Positions 13,946 to 24,600 of a stretch of DNA of 64,000 bases are shown one piece after another. This stretch comes from Botryllus schlosseri (lineage: Eukaryota): NCBI GenBank assembly GCA_051294905.1, contig CM119373.1, forward strand, positions 9,486,001 through 9,550,000, in the 5' to 3' direction. The number at the start of each line of letters is the position of its first letter. Within the stretch, counting starts at the first letter, position 1. Made by a program: the position numbers and the translations under genes. The notes beneath the pieces were generated by a model. The model did no database searches, was not told the DNA's origin, and saw nothing but the letters and a program-made list of their open reading frames with translations.

Positions 13946-14822
13946 AAACGCTATAATTTTTAAGTCCCCAGTTACTTCCCAGTTACAATAAAAAATATTA
14001 AAAAATTGTCAATTGCAAATCATAAAATATCAAAACCTCAAAAATCAACCCTGCAAACAGAAATATCTATAAAATGGCAAATATTGCAGGGTATATTAAC
14101 ATTTAAAAGTGGTTCTTTAACCATATTTTTGATTTATTTTCTCAAAAATAGTGCGATTCTAGAATTTCATTCTCTAAACCACAAAAACAAAGTTTATACG
14201 GAATAAAGTTGATTTTTGACACTTTGGTTCTAAGCAATAAGGAAAAATTGAATAGAACCTTGGAATAAAAAAAATGTTAGATTGTGTTATTAACGTGGGT
14301 TATGAGAAGAAATTCTTCTTACCGCTACTGACATTAATTGGAAGTGGTCATTTGATTGATAAAATAGACTGGATGACTCGTTAAAGCCACGACCTAAAAT
14401 CTTGAAAAACGTGTCTGACAATAGATATACAACTGCGGCAATGAAGCAATACAATATTTAATGGTTTAACGTGATCAGCAATCCCATCGAATGTACAGCT
14501 AAAGTATCATATATCGTGCGAGCTGCATGATGTGTGCCGGTTTTGGCTTAAATCAACTTCCCCACGTTTATGCCCGTGACGTCACCCACCACAGGTATTC
14601 ATTGCATATCATTGCAAACGGTCTCTGTATCAATAATAACGTATTACAATTTAACTTATTGGCTTGTAATTAGTTATTTTGCGTTAGTGTCAAGATCCGT
14701 TTTGCCATTTTGAAAGCTGACGTTGACGATTGGCCGACAATGGCTGCGTAGGCGTAACCCAGCTGTATACCACATGAAAATATATGTTCACAAAGTGTAC
14801 TTAAACAGTTTACAGGTGTCGA

Positions 14823-14824
14823 GT

Positions 14825-14850
<26 letters not shown>
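14823..14850. repeat. (GA)n microsatellite
   Basis: gagagagaga run. Confidence 0.85.
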
Positions 14851-14857
<7 letters not shown>

Positions 14858-15534
14858 ATTTATTCGTCCAACCGTAAAGAAAACAACATTGGCGCTTGAA
14901 ATAATAACAATAAACTTAACGGTGTAGGACAGGGTGTGATCGCGATTTGACTCTGGGTATAGAGGGCCAACTGGACAGATCACACCCTGCAATCAGCATT
15001 CAACAATTGGATATATTATTTACAAATTTGGTGGCAATTGGTTGGGGTTGATAAATGCAGCATAGCATAAAATGTCCCTGATGCTTTTTACACCAACACT
15101 TATGGGACATTCTTGTTTATGAATGACTAGAGAACCCTAACATAAAACTCACTTGAATTCCGCGACAACGTAATTTTAGTATACGCAAACATTCCTAATC
15201 ACTTGAACCTATTAACGAAGTTATACGCGGCACGAATATTCGGCTAATATTTCAATTCATTAGTCGCAAAATTGGCATGCAAGCAGCCCCAGGGCAAAGT
15301 TCAATTTGAAGATGTCGGTGTGATCAGATAATTCTTTGTAACAACACGAGTACTGTCATGATATGAGAGAATGTTTTGCTACTGTTATGCCATTTAGTAC
15401 GGTTCAAGATGCCGAAGAAAGTTGAGCATTTCACGGCTAGATTTTGTAATGTAAGCGTCGTTGACGCCACTTTATATAGGTAGAGTCCTATTACAAGAAC
15501 GATTTTTCTGAATAAGTTTAACCATTCAACGATC

Positions 15535-15646
15535 ATGATGGTGAACGTTATTCATCTCGTAGCAGTGATCCACATAGTTGTGACCGAGGCAGAGTTAGCC
15601 ACGGCAGCGACTGACCATTTGGGTCTGGGTGAAATTGGAGGATCCG
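15535..15646 (+). CDS. Gene B exon 1, signal peptide
   Basis: MMVNVIHLVAVIHIVVTEAELATAATDHLGLGEIGGS then G|gtaaga; hydrophobic N-terminus; phase 1 matches the next exon. Confidence 0.7.
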
Positions 15647-18600
15647 GTAAGAATATATGCTTCACTGAAAGTAAATTTGACGTAATCATACCGTTAACGA
15701 AAATCATGTAGCCTATATTTAGCCGATTCGCCGATTCGATGTTGCGTAGGATCTGAATCAGGTAGCCTATACGCCCATTTCAGGCCGCAACTGCCTATGG
15801 GTAAAAATGTCTCAAACACATCACCCCTTATAGATAGAGAAATCCTATATCCCAGGTGTGCTGCGGATCTGCTCTCATGTAGGTTACCACTCAATAAATT
15901 CCAAAAAAGAATTACACGTAGGCTAAACAGAGCCCACTGCGCCCCTCTAATATTTTCCCATGAGAATTGGTGTATTCTACTCATTTTCACTCTTTGAGAA
16001 GGTGTGAAATCACAATTTGGTACCTGGATTGCCGTTTACCTGATGAACACTTCACGCTGTGGTGGAAATTTGATAAATACACCTAATTTCCACTTACTGG
16101 TTTTACAGTAGTCCTGTAATTTCAGGAGCAGAGCTCAGCCTCTCTGTTTGGGAAGGAATGCCGACTTGGTGGAGACCTTGGGGACCGTGGGGCGCATGTA
16201 GCGGATCCTGCAATATTGGTACGCAAATGCGACGAAGAGCATGCTGGTATGGAATAGATAACCGCAGGTGATATCATCAACATTTACCGCGATAACGCAC
16301 GCTCAAGGGAGTTTCGTGCAGTTCGGGGTCAAGCAGTCCGTCCACGAATGCGCGTCAGGGTGCGACTAACCCATTGGGCGTAGGAACCGGATGTTTTGGA
16401 TTCTTGGCGCAGGTCAAGGTAATGAATGAATTCCATATCACCTGTGTAATTTTTTATCGACCACTCCACTCCAGTGCTTACTTTTAGTGCTGCACTTGGA
16501 AAAACCGATTCGCGCAGATGCTATGTAGATTCGTTATCTGTATGGACAGAAGTATTCATATTTGTAAAATCTATATATATTATAGTATTTGAAGCCAACA
16601 TGGTTATGGCACTGTCAGCATTGTGTGTCCTGGAGTTGAATCAAAACTAGAATCAGCAATGTTAAGAACAGAGCACTGCTCAGAAATTCAAATCTCCATC
16701 CTGTTCTAACAATCGGGACAGCCGACTTTCATCCCTAGAAAATTGGTTATTAAGGTTGACCAGCTCATGAGATCTCGCCTATGTTTCTGACGCGTGTACG
16801 ACACCATCAAACCAATGGTTGGTTGGTTTTAAATAAACATATACATTATTGCCTTATCCTCCCAAGATAATTAAATGACAATATTGCGTTTTGCTTTATC
16901 ATACCAATTGTACATCATGCGGCCCGCAAATGGATTAAGATGTTGAATGCGGCCTGCGAGTTGAAAACTTTTCTCACGCCTGTTTTAGATGATGTAACAC
17001 GACTAAACGCGATTTTATGAGTTCCATGTTTTGGAGAAAAAGCATAGAAGCTATAATTTACGTTGAGAAATATACCTTTTAGTGGAAAGAAAAAAAGTAT
17101 CTCACTGCTAAACATAAATCCTTACAATTGATACTCGATTTGGATCTGAGTACTCGAAACATTGTGCTCAGTCCTAATTACTACATTAGCAGGTTAACCC
17201 AAGTTGATGACGAAGTTCTTCGAGTTTCTCGTAGTACTCAAGCAGGCTTGAACTACTAACAATACTTGCGCAAGTAATAATCGCTATAGACTCCTACCTC
17301 CACTTCTACTTGACCGCTTTTCAGGCAAAACAGCTCAATTTTAGACTTTGGATTTTATGAAGTATACTGTAGTTTGATGTCTGTTTGCAACACCTTTAGA
17401 AGTGAAAGAGTAACACCAATTAAGTAGCCTACATAAGCCCCAGTATTACATCAGTGAAAACATAATGAAAATTAGGCAAAACGTATTTAAATACAAACTG
17501 GACTCGACCATAGCAATGAGCAGTCAGTATTCCAAATCAATCTATAGGTTTAGGTAAGGTTTACATATACTATACCTTACAGGGCTGTTCTTTACCGGCT
17601 TGTGTTGCAACTTCGATACCACGGTCTCCATGGTCAGAATGGTCTGCCTGCAATGCACCGTGCGGGGCTTCTGGTGAACAATTTAGGACACGGCAATGCC
17701 ATGGTCCTGCTGCGGAATGCACGGGAGAAACGTTCCAGAGGAAAGTTTGTCGCACCAGTCCATGTCGTAAGCTATCAATTTTACTTGCATATACTTGGGC
17801 ACATCTGATACGCGATGGTTCAGCAAAGCAAGAGACTATCACGAAAAATCAGGAGACATTTTATGGGGTACTATATTGGCTTTAATATATCATTAGACGA
17901 GGACTGTAACTTACTACACGATTGTTTATTAACTTTTTAAGCGCCCGTACCCTTTGCAATTTTATGAAATTGTTTTCATACTCCTATCTACAATGACCGC
18001 CTGAAGTAGCATAACATAATCTATTTTAATAGGAATCATATAATCAAATCAATCAAATAACTTCGCTCCTACTAGTTTGGTTAGATTTCTTTTGTATCGT
18101 TTTTGTAGAATCCTTAACAATTTCATGGAGTCGACAGTGAAATTTGATATATATTATTTTTTTACTTAATTCAAAAATTCCAATTCTCTCTGCATTTCAA
18201 TTCTCTCTAATCAGTGAATCCCCGGAATCCGAGAGAAAGAATTATTTTTGAACAATCCTAATAATGCGATATAACAAGACTGACATTATAGGACGGTATT
18301 TACTCGGTATATAGAGTCGAATACTTGTTTGCGATAGTCAGAGCAACCAGCAAGGCGCTGTTGGAAGCAACAGGAGTTAAACGCGTCTTTATTTTTAGCA
18401 ACCAATCCTTGTACCGGAGTGTCATGCGCGCAAAACATGGCGTGTAATAATGGTGCTTGCGTATGTCTCCAAGGATTCAAGCCGGCTTCAAGCGGTACAG
18501 GATGCGTTGAACTAGGCCCAGGTGCGAATCGATGGGTTAATATAAAGCCCATTTACATGGTCAAGTCGTCTTGAAGCCAAGTCGTCTTGGAGTGACGTCA

Positions 18601-21600
18601 TGAGACGGCTTGCCAAAGTGATCGAGTTTACATGGTCATGTTTATCGCAGCTCGAGTGATACACAGCACTTCGGGATTCAGCTCGGGAATATGCTACGGC
18701 AGTTGGGATATCCAGAAATACTTCAACACAATTCTAAAATTACCAAATACACCATGTATATATTCTTTCTGATAGTGAGTTGTGCAAGTTATATTGTCGG
18801 CTGTACTCGCTTCATAAGTTGTGACGCTGAACAAATAAGACCACGTGCATATTAGAAAAGCAGTATCATGCATCGATAGAGCTTTCATATTCATCCAGTT
18901 GAAATACGTGCCGGTTTCGTGAAATATGAACATGAAATGTTGGTATGTTGCTGTAGTCTGGATTCGTTTTCAAGTACCGGTAATGTTCAAGCCGTCTCCA
19001 AGCGACTCTGCGGAACGGATTGAGCTCAAGACGGATTGAAGCCGTTTGCCTTTTTCTCTTTTTCAAAAACGAGAGAGTCGGATTGACGAGTCAGCTTCGA
19101 AGCTGACCCAAACGTCCATGTAAATGGGCTTATAGATAGCTATTGAGTTTGCATGTTCACGGCATGTCTGTAGTCACAAATTGCAGTATCAAGAATATAG
19201 TATTAATACTGTCATGATGGCGGAGTTGAAGTCCAATAGCTTGCTAACTTGCCATTCCTTTCAGAATACGTTTGGGGCACATGGTCATCTTCAGGTTGCA
19301 GTCAATCCTGCGGCGGCGGTACCATCACCTTCTCGCGGCCTTGTATGGACGACACTGGCCAAACTATTTCAGAGTCATTTTGCCCAGGCGGATCTTCGAA
19401 AAGTTCTACGTTATTGAGTTGCAATACTATGAGATGCCCACCAGGTAAAATCGATTTGACGTATAAAACTGCCGATATATTGAACAGTTTCTGTGGTGAT
19501 TCGTATAGTCTTTTGTATTCAAGCCATCGTGCATCATGTAATCATTGCTTTTTTAATCATTAGTTTCCAATTCCTCTGTTACTTAAATCGCTACTGTTAC
19601 TGTTACTGTTGTATTTGACGCCGAGATTTAAGTTAGTAAAAGCCAACGAAACAAGAGTCTTCTGTTTACTGGTACGACAATGTTACTAACTTAAATTCTA
19701 TTTCGCTGCTTGGAGAAAGATCGCCTGTAGTAATGTCTGGAGAGAAGTATATTAAAGTTCCAACGTTGGACGTGTTACCAGACTCTGCAGATAGTGTGAA
19801 GATATTCTCTCATTGGGAGCGGGTGTTGAAGAGTTTAATCGAAGCTATAACTGCTCCTTCAACTGATGTAAACAAGCTCGCCATATTGTCAGGTTATTTA
19901 TCACCTGAAGTCTTCTCATTTATTGAAGTAATTGATGATTACGATGCTGCTATCACCGAGCTGCAGTCCCTTTACAAAAAGAAGAAAAACGAAGTCTACG
20001 CCCGACATCTGCTAGCAACTGCAACGCAAGAGGTTGGAGTTGACGTGTCAGAATTTTCTAGAAAACTGATGGCGTTGTCTAAAGATTGTAACTTCTTGGC
20101 CGTAAATGCTCAAAAGCATAAAGAGGAAGCTGTAAGAGACGCTTTCATCACTGGGCTGAGGTCCCCAGCAATTCGACAGAGATTACTGGAATGCGATGAA
20201 CTAACCGGGCAATTCCCTGCACAGACAACCGATGTTCCCACCACTACCTCTTCAAATCTCTTGAAATTTAGTACACGCACAGATGAGCTAATTCCAAACA
20301 GGATGAACTTTATTTCATGAAAATTGGACTTTTGGGTCGAAAGTTACGTCACTTTGAAAATTGACAATTTTCTGCTCAGTGCGGGTCTGCAATTACAGGT
20401 TTTATCAATGCAATATTCAAGAAGGTGTAGCTAGATGTTAGACGACAGTTGAGATACGGCACTTGGATTTATTTGAAGCTTGTCTGATCGTCTATATTTC
20501 CAAGTGAAATTTAATGCCCTTTAGGTTAGGGTCGAAGGTTAAATTGAGGGGGAATTTGGTCAATGGTCTAAAATCAGTCAGGCGTTACACGATTTAGACT
20601 GCGGATTGCTCAAAAACATATTAAAATAATTTGGAAAATAGGATCTTAAATGAAAATTTGCTTCAAGAAGACTTCGTTCATAGCTGTTTGATTTTGGCTT
20701 TTGGACCGTAAAGTGATGAAATTGCAGTTTCAAGAGCACACTTCATTTTCACATGGAAATGCTGTAGTAGTAGTGTGTTTTCGGACATCTATTCTGGGGT
20801 GCGTGTGGACATCATGTCTGGCGTGTGTTAGGACAGTGTTGTCACTCGCTGACATAGTATCTGGGATCTGTTTGTGTTGCGCCAGACATGACTCAGACCT
20901 GATATCTGCGTACTTATTTTATCCGGACATGCTCCGGAGCTGATACCTGCCCACCAAATACCCCCAGACATGGTCCGAACCGGATATATGCGCGCTTAAT
21001 GGTCACAGATATGCGTCAGACGTGATACCCGTGTCCTAAACGACGCGTTTTTGCTGATATCTGCGATAGCTGGGTATAACCACAGTAGTGGTGGCTGAGT
21101 ATATCCACATTCACAGTGGAGATAGCTGAATACATCCAAAGCTATCACTACTGTAGTTATACTCAGCTATCACTGCTGTAGATATACCCAGCTATCGCAG
21201 ATATCAGCAAAAACCGCAAATATAGAGGTCATATATAGACCAAATGTCGTTTAGGACGTGGGTATCACGTCTGACGCATGTATGTGTCCATTAAGCGCGC
21301 AGATATCAGGTCCGGACTATGCCTGGGGGTATTTGGTGCGCAGGTATCAGCTACGACACATGTCCAGATTAAAATAGTGGGCAGGTATCAGGTCTGAGGC
21401 ATGTTTGGCGTATCACAAACATATTCCAGACACGATGTCCGAGTAGCAAACACAGTCTGGACACACCCCAGGCATGATGTCCGAACACCTTCCAGACACG
21501 ATGTCCGAATGACAACACAGTCCGAGCTCACCCCGATACGATGTCCGCGTTGCAAAACAGTCAGAACACACCCGAGCCATAATATCTGCGGTGAGCTCGG

Positions 21601-24600
21601 ACTGTGTTGTCATTCGGACACATACATGCATAACGGACACATACATGCATAATGGACACATACATGCGTCAGACGTGATACCCATGTCCTAAACGACATT
21701 TGGCCTATATATGACCTCTATATTTGCGGTTTTTGCTGATATCTGCTATAGCTGGGTATATCTACAGCAGTGATAGCTGAGTATACCCACAGTAGTGATA
21801 GCTTTGGATGTACTCAGCTATCTCTACTGTGAATGTTAATATACTCAGCTACCACTACTGTGGATATACCCAGCTATCGCAGATATCAGCAAAACCGCGT
21901 CGTTTAGGACGCGGGTATCACGTCTGTCGCATATATGTGTCCATTAAGCGCGCATATATCCGGTTCGGACCATGCCTGGGGTTATTTAGTGGGCAGGTAT
22001 CAGCTCCGGAGCATGTCCGGATAAAATTAGTGCACAGATATCAGGTCTGAGTCATGTCTGGCGCAACACAAACATATCCCAGATACTTTGTCAGAGTGAC
22101 ATCACAGTCCTAACACACGCCCGGCATGGTGTCTGAACACCCCCCTCATACACGATGTCCGAGGGACAAAACAGTCCGAACTCGCCCCAGACACGATGTT
22201 CGAATGGCAACACAGTCCTAACAGACCCAAGACGTGATGTCGGAACACACCCCAGACATGATGTCCACACGCACCCCAGAATAGATGTCCGAAAACACCC
22301 TACTACTACAGCATTTCCATGTGAAAATGAAGTGTGCTCTAGAAACTGCAATTTCATCACTTTACGGTCTAAAAGCCAAAATCAAACAGCTATGAACGAA
22401 GTCTTCTTGAAGCAAACTTTCATTTAAGATCCTATTTTCCAAAATATTTTAATATGTTTTTGAGCAATCCGCAGTCTAAATCGTGTAACGCCTGACTGAT
22501 TTTAGACCATTGACGAAATTCACCCTCAATTTAACCTTTGACCCTAACCTACAGAGCATTAAATTTCACTAGAAAATATAGACGATCAGACAAGCTTCAA
22601 ATAAATCCAAGTGCCGTATCTCAACTGTCGTCTATCATCTAGCTCCACCTTCTTGAATATTGCATTGATAAAACCTGAAAGTGCAGACTCGAAATGAGCA
22701 GAAAATTGTCAATTTCCAAAGTGACGTAACTTTTGACCCCAAAGTCCAATTTTCATGACATAAAGTTCATCCTGTTTGGAATTAGCTCATCTGTGCGTGT
22801 ACCAAATTTAACAAGATTTGAAGAGGTAGTGGTGGGAGCATCGGTTGTCTGTGCAGGGAATTGCCCGCAAAAAGCCTTCCAGACTGCGGACACGTTAGAA
22901 AGAGCCCAATTGTTCGCCAGCTCGTACAATGTCAACCCCCCTTCGTCTGATACCATCGCTTCTGCGGAAATCGCCGCAGTTCGGAAAAGCGATCCTGAAC
23001 ACGGAACAGATTTTACTGCGGCTGTAGAAAAGCCCGGAGCACCGAGATTACTGCGCAAATGCCTCTTCTGCGGCGGATCTCATGTGGCAGACAAGCGCGT
23101 TTGTCCTGCAAAGGACGTCGAATGCCTGAAATGCGGAAGAAAGGGGCATTTTGCAAAGGTATGTCGATCCCCTCGTTCATATGACATCCGAGCAACCGCC
23201 AGCATGCTTCTAGCAGGAGTTCCAAATTGTCTCTGGCGTGCCTCATGCACAGCTAAAATTCATAAATTACTTGTGGGCGTTCTATTAGACTCGGGCTCTT
23301 TCGAAAATTATATGGACGAGTCGGTAGCCATTAAACTAGGATTTTTGCCACGAGGTCAGTCCACTACTATATCACTCGCGTCCAAGACAGCGACGGCCGA
23401 AGTTTCCGGCACATTTACTGTTTCTTTCGAAATGCTATCTCGAAACTATGTGGGTGTCACATTCGGGGTGGTTAAGGATTTGTGCGCTGATGTAATTCTT
23501 GGTCATGATTTCATGAAGAAGCACAAGAAAGTCATTTTCGAGTTTGACGGAAACGAAGAACCGCTGACAATACAAAGTCGATCGTGCGCTTTGTCCCCTG
23601 CTAAGGCAGAGCCTCTTCAGCTATTTCGGTTCCTAGATTCCAATTGCAAGCCTATCGTCACCCCATCAAGAAATTATAGTCGCGAAGATCAATCGTTCAT
23701 CAAGGACGAAGTTAATCGCTTACTCGAAGGAGGAATAATTGAGCCTTCTCGTTCTCCTTGGCGTGCTCAAGTATTGGTTACGAAGGTTTCCAGGCACAAG
23801 AAAAGACTTGTCATTGATTATTCGCAAACCGTAAACAGGTATACTCCGCTTGACGCGTATCCCTTGCCAAAAATTGAAACTATCGTAAATGAAGTGTCGA
23901 AAGGTAAAGTATATTCGACTATTGATTTGAAGTCTGCTTATCACCAAGTCCCGCTATCTTCATCTGACAAGCCGTTTACCGCTTTTGAAGCTTGCGGCTC
24001 CCTTTATCAGTTTTGCAGATTGCCTTTCGGTATCACCAATGGAGTGGCTGCTTTCCAACGTTTTATCGATTCGTTCATCGACGACTACAGTTTGAAAGGG
24101 ACTCTGGCTTACTTGGACAACATCACTATATTCGGCAAAGATGCCGCGGAACACGACGAGAGACTTCAAGCTTTCCTCAAAGCCGCATCCGATTGTCGAC
24201 TAACGTTGAACGAGAACAAATCCGTCTATAACGTGAGTGAATTGCGTCTATTGGGTCATCTGGTGTCGCACGGATCCATTAAACCCGACCCAGATCATCT
24301 GAAACCATTGATTGAGTTGCCACCCCCTAAATCGGATAGAGAGATGAAAAGGATCTTGGGTATGTTCGCATATTATTCAAAGTGGATTCCATGCTTTTCT
24401 GATAAAATCAAACCAATGCTTAGCAATTCAGTTTTTCCACTGACTGGGCCTGCCCTGACCTCATTCAATGTTCTGAAGGAAGACTTGATAAACGCCTCCC
24501 TTTGTTGTATTGACGAATCTGAACCGTTTGAAATTGAATGTGATGCGTCCAACAACGCTATTGCTGCTATTCTCAGTCAGCGAGGTAGACCTGTGGCATT

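Noticed and set aside
14577-14586. Palindromic CRE GTGACGTCAC about 950 bp upstream of the gene B ATG
   Set aside because: A single 8-mer without TSS evidence; the same motif also occurs inside transposons (about 44905).
20701-23058. Track ORFs 20701+, 21401+, 21413-, 21808+, 22091-, 22155+, 22753- and the first 45 aa of 22733+
   Set aside because: Mirror-image readings of the palindromic foldback element; no domain motifs.
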